Below the pieces are notes generated by a model. The model was not told where the DNA came from and ran no database searches. It worked only from the letters and a program-made list of their open reading frames with translations. The position numbers and the translations under genes are program-made. DNA of 64,000 bases from Octopus sinensis (taxonomy: Eukaryota): positions 13,082,001 to 13,146,000 of the forward strand of contig NC_042997.1 in assembly GCF_006345805.1 (NCBI RefSeq). The letters are read 5' to 3'. Positions within the stretch are counted from its first letter, which is position 1; the number at the start of each line of letters is the position of its first letter. Positions 1 to 14,422 of the stretch are shown one piece after another.

Positions 1-246
1 AAGAAGAAAAAACAACAATCTTGATATAAAAGACAAAAGAACGAATACTTGCTGGAATTCTCGCCGGCAACCTGAAACTTTCTGCGAACTATTATGTATA
101 TTATGCTATTACATTTATATGTATGTCAAAAGATATTTATCTCTCAGTTTTTGAAAGGATACTGAAATGTAATGTAATCAATGCTAAAGGTCTAACCCAA
201 AGGTAAAACTAGGTTTAATTATCACACATACAATTCCGTTTATCTT

Positions 247-780
247 TTACATCGCGCAAAATATTGAAAATATAATGAAAGTAGAGTGGGCCGTATGATA
301 GAAATTATAATAGGAAACACACATACAAAAAAACAATAACCACTGTAACATCAACTGCAGTAGCAGCATAGCAACAACACAACTTATATGGGACTGCATC
401 CACAGGCCAATATTGTTACATTTTAGTTCAGCATAGAATGAAAATGACAAAGACAAAGCCAAAGACGAAGATAATAGAGAATGAAATGACTCAATTGAAT
501 AGAAGCTATCATCATTGAAGAATTTACATTTACAGACGAAAGATAGATGAATTAAAACTTCACCGTTAGGAACGTATCCGAAAATAGAAATATGAAAAAT
601 AAAAGAACAGACATAAGATTGAATAAGTAATGAAACAATTGACATCTATATTACCAATGCGTTTCATGGACTATAACCTAGAGCACACGTAGTCTCCGAA
701 AATAATAGTGAAGCACTGTGTGTAACTGTGATGATTTCACGAGAGAGAGATAGATTGGTAAATGTCAGTGCTGACAATAA
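247..780 (-). pseudogene. Putative decayed CUB-like/TM protein segment
   Basis: 132-codon ORF (VPNGEVLIHLSF...NDDSF; hydrophobic C-terminus). The same frame extends upstream through two stops to a hydrophobic SVLLSALTF stretch. Motif similarity by eye only. Confidence 0.3.
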
Positions 781-972
781 CACCGATATATTTCAAAGCA
801 AAATTTTGTAAATTTGTTTGAGCGAAACTAAAGAACAAATCCCAATTCATAGACTTTAAAGATAAGGATTAAAACAGCAATCCCCCCAAAAATGATGTAG
901 TCACGTAGTCACGTTTCAGATTCATATCTAGATACATAAACACTCACAAAGTCACGCATACATACATGTGTG

Positions 973-1072
<100 letters not shown>

Positions 1073-1074
1073 CT

Positions 1075-1441
1075 CTTTTATTTACTCTTGTATTCTTTTT
1101 CTTCTTTTAGTCATTTGACTGCAGCCATGCTGGAACACCGCCTTTCCAACGACCACTGGTACTTATTCTATAAGTCATTTTTGCTGCACCACCAAGTTAC
1201 GGAGACGTAAACACACCAACATCGGATGTCAAGTGACTGTGGTGGCGACTGGCACAGTTACAAAGACACACACATAAATATGCATACATGCATATATATA
1301 CGAAGGCGTCCTTCAATTTCCTTTTACCAAATCCACTCACAACGCTTCAGTCGGTCCGAGGCTATATAGGTTCCACACAGTGAGACTGAAGCCATGTGGT
1401 TGGGAAGCAAGCTTCTTATCATCTAGCCACTCCTGCGCCTA
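1075..1441 (-). mobile_element. CORE-type tRNA-derived SINE (OR2-like), degenerate
   Basis: Head rc GGCGCAGGAGTGGCT and tail rc GGCGGTGTTCCAGCATGGCTGCAGTCAAATGAC; internal deletion relative to other copies. Confidence 0.75.
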
Positions 1442-1512
1442 TGTATGTATGTATGTATGTATGTATGTATGTATGTATGTATGTATGTATGTATGTATGT
1501 ATGTATGTATGT
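1441..1512. repeat. (ATGT)n microsatellite; representative of dozens of (TA)n, (CA)n, (AGAT)n, (AAT)n, (ATGT)n arrays across the window
   Basis: Directly visible. Other examples: (AGAT)n 11605-11690, 39915-40020, 43385-43430; (AAT)n 12023-12090, 35325-35385; TG-rich 58400-58700. Confidence 0.98.
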
Positions 1513-1516
1513 ATAT

Positions 1517-1907
1517 TTTCTCTTTTACTTGTTTCAGTCATTTGTTGGAGCACCGCCTTTAGTCAAGGAAATCGACCCCAGGAATTATTCTTTGTAAGCA
1601 TAGTCTTATTCTATCGATCTTTTTTCCGAACTGCTAAGTTACGGGGACGTCACGCCAACATCGGTTGTCAAGCGAAGTTGGGGGAACAAACACAGACACA
1701 CACACACACACACATACACATATATATATATATATACACATATACGACGGGCTTCTTTCAGTTTCCATCTACCAAATCCACTCAAAATCTTTGGTCGGCC
1801 TGAGGCTATAGTAGAAAGCACTTGACCAATGTGCCACGCAGTGGGACTGAACGCGGAACATATGGTTGGCAAGCAAGCTACTTAGCACACAGCCACTCCT
1901 GTGCCTA
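1517..1907 (-). mobile_element. CORE-type SINE (OR2-like)
   Basis: Matches the 13085, 38071, 40888 and 42259 copies along its length. Confidence 0.85.
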
Positions 1908-1915
1908 TATATATA

Positions 1916-1986
<71 letters not shown>

Positions 1987-2272
1987 GTACTCCTGCGCCT
2001 ATATATATATATATATACAAGATAAGAAAATGGAAATACATCTAATCAAATATCAATTACCAGATAATACTCATCACATACTTTATTAAACCACCAACAT
2101 TTATGTATTAACTTGTGTGACTTCACTAGCAGTATATTGGATATATGTTATCCCATGGAGGGTTGCATTTACAACCCTATCTCATTTGTATATATATATA
2201 TATATAATGCATACATATAACACATATTTATATATACATGTAAATGTCACTCCCCTCTCGCTCTTCTCTCTT

Positions 2273-2369
<97 letters not shown>

Positions 2370-2391
2370 TATATACATCTGTACATATGTA

Positions 2392-2440
<49 letters not shown>

Positions 2441-2799
2441 ATGGATTTGTTGTTGGTTTATTAAATATTTTTTTTGTTTCTTGAAAAATACTCTAACTCG
2501 AGTTTAACATACTTTTACCAACATGAAGTATGATGGCTATATTACCCAAATCATAAATGCCGTTAATCATTTTAAAATAATTCACCCAGTACAGATGTAG
2601 TAACGAATGATTTGATGTGTTATACTGCTAAAATTGTTCATTTATTAAGGAGCTATTCACATCCGTGATAAAAATACTTAGAATTCATCCAACTTTTAAA
2701 AGATACTTAAATCATGGAATTAATAAAAAAAAAATATTACGTATCATCAAGGATTATATGCAAAACAAAATTATCAATCAGATATGACATGAGATATAC

Positions 2800-3225
2800 A
2801 TCTTCATGAATGGAGGCAGTATTCATAAGCATTAGCATTTGTAAGCATTCTCTCTACTTCGAGATACTCAATAGACAGAAAGAAAAATTAAGTTTCCCAA
2901 ACATCAAGGTATATTTGCATAATCTCTTCCTAATCATATTAGCATGACGTTCTTTTCTTACGTCATGAAAGGAAAATATTATCTACAGAAACTTAGCGGT
3001 TATCGACTGAATATGTATTGCTAAAGCAATGCATCTTCAGCTGATTAAAAATTTGTCTTCAAATAAAAATGTTTTAAGTATTTTTATGATGATATTAATT
3101 CGTCCATGCCCGCCAAAATCCGTGACCACTACTGTTTGATGATTAAACGCACTGCAAATAAACACACAAAAGACAGGGTTATATGTTTTTTTTTTATAAT
3201 TTAATCCTTTGGAGATCTCTTGCAA
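2800..3225 (-). pseudogene. Putative decayed CUB-like segment
   Basis: ORF 3037-3225 (VFICSAFNHQTVVVTDFGGHGRI) continues past stops as RCIALAIHIQSITAKFL*IIFSFHDVR. Confidence 0.25.
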
Positions 3226-3799
3226 GAATTTTATTCTATGTAGACAGCGTTTCTAAGTATTAACAGTTAGGTACAAATCTTACCTCAGTAAGTTCTTGTT
3301 TCCCGTTGGTTATATATCTAAGCCCATGTGATCGATTTATATTTCTCTACTGGTCACTGGGAATATGGCCTTCGTGAAATATTTCTTATTAATTCGATAT
3401 ATCAGATTTCTTATCTTTATTTTAAGCTTGTGATGTAGTCTCAAATAATTTACACTTATGTTAATTAGACAATGAACACTTTCAGTTAGTTATATTTTGC
3501 TTAGACTTAATGAGATTGATTCAAGCTAAGTTCTTAAAAGCGTTATTTCCATAAATATACATGTGCGTTTGTCTGTGCGTGTGCAAGTGCGTGTGTTTCC
3601 GTGTCCGCTCATGTGTGAGCAACTATGTGAAGATGTGTGTGTTTATGTGTGTTTGCCTATACGTTTGCGTTTATAGTGTTTAAAGAAAACTCGTCAGACT
3701 GAGTTGGTCGCTGGTTAATTATATACACATAAATCGTTTCGAACATTTATGGCATCTGGAAAAAAAGCTTTTGGGATCAGGTATGGGAAGACTTTGGCA

Positions 3800-4560
3800 G
3801 GACTGGATAACTTACTGTAGTTGTTTGAATGGCAGGACTGAATTACGTCAGGGTTGGATTTTTATTATTTCAGCTTGTTGTAAATATGTTTTTCTTCTGA
3901 AGACAGAGTTCCCTAGTAATAAATTTGATGTAATAGATAAATGTTGCATTAACAGGAGAGGTCCGAGATATCTCTGTAATAGTATTGCTAAGAAAATTCT
4001 AAAGTTATTGTGGGGGAAGAAATTTTGTCGATCCTTAATCGTATTCTATAAGTATTTATATGTGCTTAGCTGTAATGTAACATCTGACATTAAATCATCG
4101 CTTGTTTTCATCATTGTATAAAATACTCCAATAAACATTTAGATCAACAACAAAATCAGTTTAAAACTCATTTGTCGCAGATATTGGTCCAGGGTGTGCA
4201 AAGTCCGATGGATAATACATTATACATCTCTATCCTGAATTGCAAACTCCCATGGTATCCTGTTTAATCTAAACACTTTTAAAAAAAATCTTCCACTCAA
4301 ACTCATTTGACGGGCAGAAAAATACACGTCGTTAGTCAGCATTCGGAAGTATTTTACCCAATTAAATAACCTCATCGACCTCGTGTTTGCTATTCCTTGA
4401 ATACTGAGCGAAACCCACATCCGTTCAATCGAAAGCTTATGGAAACCATAATATAAATTCAGTTAGTGTAGAAGAAGTTATGTTTATGAAGAATAACAAA
4501 AGATTATAGTCAAGGCTCGTTACACGTTTTCCTATGCAATTGTTTTGTATGACTGTTTCT
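3800..4560 (-). pseudogene. Putative decayed CUB-like segment
   Basis: Frame-broken peptides CIGKRVTSLDYNLLLFFINITSS / LYYGFHKL..IQGIANTRSMRLFNWVKYFRMLTND / PGPISATNEF. Confidence 0.3.
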
Positions 4561-5005
4561 TATAACTAAAATTTATAGCATCATAATTATTACGCGAGTT
4601 TTTAGAATTATGTAATATTCAATATAGATCGAAAATGTTCAAATAATTGAATAGTAAACGTTACTGGCTAGAATCTAAAAGCTGAATTTCGCAACATAAC
4701 GATTTTGAATTTTCAGTATCAACCAGTCAAGATATATATCCAAATTGCTGTTTCGTTCTGGTGCGATTCGAGCATATATACTATATACAAGAAAACTCCA
4801 TATAAAGTATTTTCCTGTATATATTAATTTTTCTGCTTATCACTTGAAAGTTGGATGAACATTCTCTAAATGCCACTTTCTTTATTTTTATGTTTGTTGA
4901 AATGCTATGTTAGAAATAGAATACAATAAGAAATTTTTCCCACAATTTGGACATATGTCTCAGCGTCCATTCACACTATTGTATTGCAAATCATTTACAA
5001 GATTA

Positions 5006-5223
5006 TACGAGGTGGGGCTGAAAACTTTCTCGCTTTGGGCAAAAGAAAACACAGAAGCATTAGTTAATCATAATTTTATTCAACATATTCCCCTCTCAGA
5101 TTCACAAACTTATTGCAGCAGTTTTCGAGTTTTTCAAGGCCTTGTGAAAAAACTCGAAATGTTGGGCCACCAATCAGGCTTTTCGTTATAATCTTAAAGC
5201 AAAGAACATTTCAGCACTCCCTC

Positions 5224-5226
<3 letters not shown>
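5006..5226. mobile_element. Mariner-derived MITE
   Basis: Imperfect TIRs TACGAGGTGGGGCTGAAAA / TTTCAGCACTCCCTCGTA with TA flanks; body similar to 42706-42928. Confidence 0.75.
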
Positions 5227-5271
<45 letters not shown>

Positions 5272-5564
5272 CGAGAAGCTGAGGTTATAAGAGATAATGG
5301 TGCCATTGATACCCAAAGTTGTCAGGTAATGCTGAATAGGTGCTATAGACAGACAATAGTTTAGTTCCAGATTCGGTAATATTGCGAATAAAGAGTTCAA
5401 CGTTGGTTCTATGCAAGCGTGTGTATGTAAGGATTTTTTGCGTAACAAGATAAACAACCAAGGCTGTATAGATATTAGAGCATTTATAGATAGAAGGTCT
5501 TATCCCTTCATCGTCAGCCTAGGTTTTTTTTATCTTATTACGCAAAAGTTTTATATGTGTGTAT

Positions 5565-5607
<43 letters not shown>

Positions 5608-5644
5608 CATATATATATAAGATAGTGTATGCGTAATTATTTAT

Positions 5645-5725
5645 ACCTCCGAAGGAGAAAAAGGACTAAATTTATCGATATATTTATTTAGATTCATTTC
5701 CTTCCATATCTGAAACATCTGTGAA
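5645..5725 (+). ncRNA. Degenerate hammerhead-like fold (CCGAAG core)
   Basis: CCGAAGG-AG...CT-GAAAC-ATCT-GT with internal hairpin AAGGA-CTAAAT/ATTTAG-TCCTT; stem I poor. Confidence 0.3.
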
Positions 5726-6181
5726 ACTCACTTTGCTTTATTTATTTTTTTGCACTGGTTGCGCAAATTAATGGGGCGTATTCAATAGTTACTTCACTAC
5801 ATTGTGCAAAAGATATTAACGATAATTTTGTATGCTATCCGATGATATTTAATGATCAAATATGTCTGCGGTATAGATTACATTAATAAAACTTTCTAAC
5901 TTACATGTTGTACTTTTGAATTTCCATTGTATACCAAAGTGCATTGTGCTACTTCCTATTATAATTGGTATTTCAAGTTTACACTAAATTACATGCGACT
6001 AGTAAAATAATACAATGATTTCTTCTTCCTATCTTCTTATACACTTACATACAATCACATATAAATGTAAATACACACACACACACATACACCGCATACA
6101 TATGTAAATATATATACATGAATATACATATATATATATATAATATATATTATATTAATATATATATATTTGCCTACATTG

Positions 6182-6247
<66 letters not shown>

Positions 6248-6288
6248 CCTACATTGATAAATATATATATATATATAATAAATAATAA

Positions 6289-6333
<45 letters not shown>

Positions 6334-6758
6334 TATATATATATTATATATATATATATAACACATGCATATATATATAGGCATGTATGTATTTATAATT
6401 ACATATAGTAGCATGTGTGTACGTACATGCATGGGATTGTTTATTTAGCAGTTACTAATACACCGATTAATTGTACGAATGAAAACGTGTTGCTTAATAA
6501 ACGATTCATTCAGTAATGGAGAGCGCAAGGGCATCTTTCTTTCTGTCAGTACTTCCTTCCGACCCATTAAGACTAAACTGGAATTTCGAATGTGAGCGAT
6601 TAACTATTTGACCTTATAGTCAATAAGTGACTATCAAAAGTAAACAATGAATTCAATGAGAGGAAAAAAATATCAATACTCTAGGGTTACATTGTACAAT
6701 GTATGAACTTCGAACAATCTGTCACTCAGTTTATTTCTCCTTATCTATATATATCTAC

Positions 6759-6818
<60 letters not shown>

Positions 6819-6826
6819 TAAATACA

Positions 6827-6862
<36 letters not shown>

Positions 6863-7219
6863 CATATATATATATGTATATAATATATATACATATATAT
6901 ATATATATGCATATATATGCATATACACATATATATTTATACATATATAAGTGTATATATATATATATATATATATATACATACATATATGCATGCATAC
7001 ATATACGTATACCCACTTAGAAACATGTTCACACGCGAGGATTGTAATTAAAGTGATGAAAAAAAACAGGTATAACCATTTTATTAACTGCCATATGTCC
7101 TTGAAATTGCTCACGTTGTAAAGCAATTATTCTGCTGGAAAAAGTCTTGTTTCTGTTTTTCAATGTAGGCAAATAATGTGTGCCAAATGGAAGAAAGGTG
7201 GAAATGAGCTGCCATTGAG

Positions 7220-7420
7220 TTCTTTGATAATAAAGAATGTGTGCAGGATGTCCGACATAGCCAGAAGGTTGCAGGTTGTTTATAGAGATGACATCATTTA
7301 TGAGGGTCATATGAAAAGATATATGAAACGTGTATATATATATATGAAAACAGCGTTGAATACATACGAAACAGTGGGAGACCAACGAGTGCGACCACTC
7401 ACACATCTGCAAGCAGAGGA
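7220..7420 (+). mobile_element. Possible degraded RTE-type LINE C-terminal fragment
   Basis: VCRMSD...KRY..KTAL..YETVGDQR loosely resembles the RTE ORF2 C-terminus. Confidence 0.25.
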
Positions 7421-7482
7421 ATTTAACTCTGCAGACGAGCAAGTAGCACTCTGTGAGTGCTTAATGCATTAAAGGTGCGAGG

Positions 7483-7871
7483 GTGGAGGCGCAATGGCCC
7501 AGTGGTTAGGGCAGCGGACTCGCGGTCGTAGGATCGCGGTTTCGATTCCCAGACCGGGCGTTGTGAGTGTTTATTGAGCGAAAACACCTAAAAGCTCCAC
7601 GAGGCACCGGCAGGGATGGTGGAGATCCCTACTGTACTCTTTTACCACAACTTTCTCTCACTCTTACTTCCTGTTTCTGTTGTACCTGTATTTGAAAGGG
7701 CCGGCCTTGTCACTCTCTATGTCACGCTGAATATCCCCGAGAACTACGTTAGGGGTGCACGTGTCTGTGGAGTGCTCAGCCACTTACACGTTAATTTCAC
7801 GAGCAGGCTGTTCCGTTGATCGGATCAACCGGAACCCTCGTCGTCGTAACCGACGGAGTGCTTCCAATCCC
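7483..7871 (+). mobile_element. tRNA-derived SINE (OR1-like)
   Basis: A/B-box head GTGGAGGCGCAATGGCCCAGTGGTTAG...GGTTTCGATTCC; near-identical to 21101-21487; imperfect TSD AAAGGTGCGAGG / AAAGGCGTGAGG. Confidence 0.9.
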
Positions 7872-8614
7872 AAAGGCGTGAGGAAGGTCACTGTAGGTAT
7901 AAGAAAGTGTGTTTAAAATAAAGTTCAGTGTTAACGCCAGATTTGAAAGACATCTTGGTGCGTATTCTCAGGGATGTAAGTTCGTGTCTCATGGCAGGCC
8001 GGTAAGGTATTTTTCTGCAATATATGGATAATTTATCCTGATCACGCAAATTATTAGCATTATCACGCTTTTAAGAATAAAAATACATTTTAAAATTTAT
8101 TTCTGTATCTTTCAATACATCTCAACGCTTCTAAAACAAACTGTGTTTGTTTATTTTAATCGCAAGTTGAATTCAACGTTAACGTCTTATGAAGCTAAAA
8201 TTATATGTTCTAAGATTGCAGAAGAATTCGTTACTGGGCAGTTTAGCATAATGGTAAAGCACTTGACGCGTAATCACAGGAATGTGAGATCGAGTTTCAT
8301 GGCTGAGCGGTAACGGATTCATCATCATCACCATAATCATCATATATATTTATATGCACACACGTACACACACACACACCACACACACACACACACATTT
8401 CGTTTACTATCTGGTTTGCAAGATTCGTGTATTGAAATAAAACTTTGTTGCATTTGGGGAGAGACGTAGTACCTTAATATAATACATTCACCAGTTCAAT
8501 TTCCAATAATTTATTTATGTAACTATCTGAAAACCATTTTCGTCGCTGCATTGGCAACTGTATCAAGATATTTTGATATATATATATGTATATAATATAT
8601 ATATATTATAATAT

Positions 8615-8653
<39 letters not shown>

Positions 8654-8754
8654 TTCGTTTTGTCAGAATCGGCATTTTTCATAATATATAACATAAAACT
8701 TTCTAATTCTATTACGCAGTCAAAAGAGAAGCATAATAAATACAAATCTTGTGG

Positions 8755-9030
8755 TTATGAATATAAATTCCTTAAGATAAAAATGCATTGCATGAGAAAA
8801 GATATTCTACCTGGGGAACCCAAATAAACGGTGAAAGAAACTGAGAATAAATTCATGAAGTATTGGAGTGTATATGGCCGAATATTTAAGAAATTCACTA
8901 TGCACATATATCTCTTGATTTGTTTCGTCATACTTGAGTAACTTCTTGTGAAATTCTCTTTACCTATAACTTCAAATAGTTTCAGTCCTTGTGAGTGTAA
9001 ATATGTAGGCGGAAATTGCAAAAGGCCCTT
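8755..9030 (-). pseudogene. Putative decayed CUB-like segment
   Basis: 88-codon ORF; PPTYLHSQGLKLFEVI resembles PPQSLLSQGSVMLNFI at 26.8 kb. Confidence 0.3.
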
Positions 9031-9089
9031 CGGATTTATTTAACAAGTAATTAAAGAGTACAGTCTGGTTGGAATGCTTCTGGAAGAGA

Positions 9090-9390
9090 AATACTTTAAG
9101 GGTGCTATGTGGGAAAGAATGTCGCCTTGCAGCCATGTGGTATGGAGTGCAGTCCCAGCACTTGCATTCGTGGACAAGTGTCTTCTATAATTGCCCCAGG
9201 CTGGTCATCACTAAGTGTCTTCTAAGTTGTTATAAGTAAATGTGATTTTTATATATATATATATATATATTGATATAAATGGTAAGACAACAAAAGAATG
9301 AAAGAGACCTCGATATTATGTAATAGACTACAGCTTTGCGAGTGGATTTGATAGACGAAAACTAAAAGAATCCCGTCGTACATAAGTATA
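9090..9390 (+). mobile_element. Degenerate OR2-like SINE 5' half, interrupted
   Basis: GGACAAGTGTCTTCTATA and GAGTGGATTTGATAGACGAAAACTAAAAGAATCCCGTCG blocks. Confidence 0.55.
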
Positions 9391-9420
9391 TATGCATATA
9401 TATATATGTATATATATATT

Positions 9421-9546
<126 letters not shown>

Positions 9547-9784
9547 AAATATAAATATATGTATGTTTATATTTATACATATAACCTAATGAATATATCT
9601 GAAAGTAAACTTATGGTGTCCATTTGCACATCACGAAATATACTTAATGACATAATCATTATACCAGCAGGGTATATACAATACTTGCTTAATTATCTCC
9701 TTCTTTAGTTAACTCTAAATTAATTAAATATGAAGGAACTACACGTGTTTCAGTATTAGAAGATTTTAAAAATACATACACACT

Positions 9785-9844
<60 letters not shown>

Positions 9845-9849
<5 letters not shown>

Positions 9850-11085
9850 ACCATGCAGTGGGTGTCCCGTCCTGTTGTTTGTGTAAGTGACAATAACAAA
9901 GTTTGGAACTAGTTTTTCTCGCTTTTTCCAGATGTATATTATTGCATATCTTTCCTGCCTTCGCTTCAGGACGTAGAGTCTTAAATTTTTCAGTCTCTCT
10001 CAGTAGCTGATATGTCACATTATATCGGTCTTCTTTATTTAGTTTCACTAGATCGCCTCGAGTTCTGTCGTTAATTTTACACTGGTGACCACATTTTGGA
10101 ATAGTAATCCAGACTACTGAGAATGAATGTCCTCCACAGAACCATCATGGTTTTCTTTTCTCTTGCTTAGAAGATTCGAAGGACCAACTCTGCCAGACAT
10201 CTTCATTTTATTGCCAACTTAGTAATGTGCAACTGAAAAGATGCATCATTACTCATGTCGATGCCCAACTCACGCACTGATTTTGATTGAGGGATTGGAA
10301 TCCTTCCTGGGCCTGTGTATCCTATCTGCTTTTCATTGAGCTTCTTTTGTTGCATATTGCGTCATTGCAGAAGCCCAACGGCTCCATGGTCCTGAATCCT
10401 CTGAGAGACTTTTGTATATTCTGTATAGCCAGCACAGGTAGCTATTTAAAAAGTTGAGGTCATGTCAGAGAGGGCCACTATGAATAGCTTGTGGCCCCAG
10501 AACATTGCCATGGGGAACACTACTCATCATTTGTGTTTTCTTGTAGGTGCCCTCATTGACCAACACTACCTTCTATTTTTTAGAAAGCCATGTAGCTATG
10601 TTCCAAGTTTTCCAAATATGCCAAGAGTTCGGAGCGTGTGACTTATCAACGGTCGGCTTTGTCAAAGGATTTTGTAACGGCGAGTTATATCACGTCCACA
10701 TTTGAGTTGTTGTACAGATGCTTTAGCTCCCAATCGTAATGCTACAAGATCTGAGTCAGCAGCTTCTGCCTGGTCGAAATACGATGCTGGGTGTCAGTCA
10801 ACAAGTCATTCTCTTCAAGGAATGCAATTAATTTCCTTCAGACAATACGTCCCATGACTTTGCTGATAAGTGAGATCAGAGAGATAGACCTGTTCTTTTT
10901 AGCATCTACTATGCTCCCTCCTTTATGGATAGAGCATATATCTTCCTTTAGTTTGTTCATGAGCTTAACATTAGCGAGGGAAAGTAGCTGAAAAAGTAGC
11001 TGCAATGGTTTTGCAAGGACTCGTTTGCATGACTTGAGAAGGATTGCTGGAAATCCATCAGGATAGGTAACTGAGTTTGCATGTA
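9845..11085 (-). mobile_element. CR1-clade LINE ORF2 fragment (RT and C-terminus), decayed
   Basis: PDGFPAILLKSCKRVLAKPLQ and downstream blocks are collinear with the 51.8-53.1 kb LINE sequence. Confidence 0.85.
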
Positions 11086-11114
11086 TACTATATATATATA
11101 TATACACGCATATC

Positions 11115-11430
11115 CTGAGTCGATTTACTCGACAAAGGGCGGTGCTCCAACATGGCCGCGGACAGATGACTGAAACACGTAGAAACATGATATATGTGCG
11201 CGCATGTGTACGCGTGTGTATGAGTGCGCGTGTGTGTGTGTGTGCCTTTGAGTCTGTGTTTGTACACTTCAACCGCTGACAACCTCTGTTGGTGTATTTA
11301 CATCTCCATAACTTCGCGGTTCGGCAAAAGATACCGATACAATAAGTACCAAGCTTTAAAAGCAAATTCTTCAAGGCGGTGCCCCAGCATGGCCCTAATC
11401 TAATAATTGGCGCATATAAAAGATAAAAGA
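11115..11430 (+). mobile_element. Two tandem OR2-like SINE 3' fragments
   Basis: Two GGCGGTGCYCCARCATGGCC tail motifs (about 11138 and 11375). Confidence 0.65.
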
Positions 11431-11605
11431 TGCATATCTATGCATATTTTCACACACACACACACACGCCACACTCATATATGCACACACACATACACAC
11501 ACACGTATATACACATACATTCATGCATGCATAGGCACATCCATATAAACATATAAACATGTGTGCCGCATATAAATAGACACACACACAGGCACACAGA
11601 CACAC

Positions 11606-11682
<77 letters not shown>

Positions 11683-12021
11683 AATAGATAGAGATATATA
11701 TATATATAGATAGATAGATAAAGAGAGGCCGCTATATTCGTCGGGGTATATAAATATGTATGCATTCAAGCAAGTGTAAATATATGTATATTTCTATATA
11801 GTATGAATTTGTTTTTCTTAAAGGCAATGTTACTCTCCATTTTTGCTTTCTTTCTTCCTGTTATCACATATTTCAATGCAGCTCTTTCGCTATTCTTCAA
11901 TGTTTAATTAAAATTTCGTCTAGGGTCTCTTTGATACGTTTATTTGTGCTAATGATCACATTCATACTATTAGTTTCAAAATCTTTTGTATAGTGTTTAC
12001 CTACTTCAGTTTGTTATTGGC

Positions 12022-12073
<52 letters not shown>

Positions 12074-12561
12074 TAATAATAATAATAGTAACAACAAAAA
12101 CAACAACAATAATAACCGTTCAGTTTCGAATTCAATGATGTTGAGTTTGGCAACATATTGATTTAAATTTTTAGTGAACCATTTTCATTCTGCTGTATGC
12201 TTTATCAATGAAACGCAGAAAGTTTAGCTTTGCTTCCCCACAGCAACGCTAAATATTTTAAGAGAAAGATTCATATAAATGTCAAAATTCTACGAAATTC
12301 TAAATGTAGTATTAATAATAATTCTATATACTATTGTTTTCAGAACATTTTCGCCATCATAAAATTGTGTTATTATAGAGGAACAATGCAAGACTAATGC
12401 AAATTCTGCCGTCAGAAATTATAACTTTTCTTCACTTCGAATATTATAAATTAACTATAAGATGCAGGGCACAAATACAACGCGCACACATTTTCATGCA
12501 TTCCGTCATCCACTTACATTCGCTCTATTACATATACATATATCTATGTACATGTGTGTGA

Positions 12562-12599
<38 letters not shown>

Positions 12600-12620
12600 C
12601 CATATATCCATATATACATC

Positions 12621-12676
<56 letters not shown>

Positions 12677-13084
12677 ATAACTATAAACACGTCTGCATAC
12701 ATACACACATACACACATACACACACACATATGTATGTGTGTATGCATGTATGAATGTATGCATGCATGTATGTATGAACGTACACAAACATACACACTC
12801 AAGGGGAGAGAGGAGGATAGAGAGAAAGCGATTAACAATAAGAGCGTATACAAATTGATTTGTCGTGTTGGAGAGTATAATGAACAATTAATTCAATGCT
12901 GGTGAGAAGGAAAATCAATACAGACTTTATGTCACGCTGCTACTGGCAAATCATTTGTTAAAAATCTACCGATCCAGTTTCAATTCTAGATTGAATCTGA
13001 TTTATCTTAAAATGGCATCGTATGTATATATCTCTAGTTATCATATACAATATTGCTTCATGTGATTCTCTCTCTCCCTCTCTC

Positions 13085-13468
13085 TCTTTTATTCTTTTAC
13101 TTGCTTCAGTCATTTGACTGCGGCCATGCTGGAGCACCGCCTTTAGTCGAGCAAATCGACCCCAGGACTTATTCTTTGTAAGCCTAGAACTTATTCTCTC
13201 GGTCTCTTTTGCCGAACCGCTAAGTTACGGGGATGTAAACACACCAGCATCGGTTGTCAAGCGATATTGGAGGAACACGCACACACACACATATATATAT
13301 ACATATATATACGACGGGCTTCTTTCAGTTTCCGTCTATCAAATTCACTCACAAGGCTTTGGTCGGCCCAAGGCTAGAGTAGAAGACACTTGCCCAAAGT
13401 GCCATGCAGTGGGACTGAACATAGAACCATGTGGTTGGTAAGCAAGCTACTTACCACACAGCCACTTC
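13085..13468 (-). mobile_element. CORE-type SINE (OR2-like)
   Basis: Near full-length; rc contains CTTTGGGCAAGTGTCTTCTACT (CORE-like). Confidence 0.9.
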
Positions 13469-14103
13469 TATGACTAAAAATATATAATAACGAATAAAGA
13501 CAATTCACAATTATTTCAAAATTATAGTGAAATGCATGTCAGTGTGTCACCCAAAAACTTTCATAAAATTTATGTCTATCTAGTGGTATGGCTTGCTTGA
13601 ACCAACAGCCACACATTACTCAGATCAAAATCTACTGTATTTAAAAGTTTTAAAAAGGGCATGCTGGCTGATATTTTCACAATATGCTCTGTGCGGGGAA
13701 AAATGTAAATAAATGTCAAGTTAATCGACCTACTGAATTCAGACTCTGCGCTTAATCTATAACAGATCTCCCTCTAAGTTAGATCTCCATCTTCGATTTT
13801 GCCGTCTGGATTATTATATGTCAAAGGATGAGAAATGGCTGCTTCATAGAAGAGTACTTCGATGATTTTTATATCAGGTTAATGTATCCCTTGAGCGAGT
13901 CCAAACCATGATAAGGGTGTTAAAACATAGTCCCTCCACAGATACACCTGATAGGTAAATGTCACGGAATATATTTATCTATTTACTATTTTGATGGAGA
14001 AAAAATAAAGTATAGGAAAAATTTTCCAAGAAAAAAAATGAAATGCCCATGTAAATTCTTTAGAAATGCTAAAGAATTTTATTAAAGAATTTACACACAG
14101 AAA

Positions 14104-14300
14104 TGCGGCGAGCTGGCAGTATCGTTAGCACATCGGGCAAAATGCTTAGCGGTATTTTTTCCATCACTATGCTCAAATTCCGTCGTTGTCGACTTTGGCT
14201 TTCATATTTTCGGGACCGATAAAATAAGTACCAGTTGAGCACGGAGTCGATGTAATCGAGTTTTCCTCTTCCTTGAAATTTCTGGCCTTGTGCCAAAATT
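14104..14300 (+). mobile_element. tRNA-derived SINE with GTCGACTTTGCCTTTCATCC-type central domain (OK/Meta-like), tail type A
   Basis: GCGGCGAGCTGGCAG head; GATAAAATAAGTACCAG; tail CCTTGTGCCAAAATTT. Confidence 0.75.
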
Positions 14301-14422
14301 TTATATATATATATATATATAATACAAAATGGGACAAGAACACAAAACATCCGGACATCTATGTGATACAAAAAGGGACAACACACCATCCAGATAGACG
14401 ATACAAAGAAAACAAGGACAGA

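Noticed and set aside
7483-7560. tRNA gene
   Set aside because: The tRNA-like A/B boxes are SINE heads continuing into SINE bodies (also 21101, 33737, 50534).
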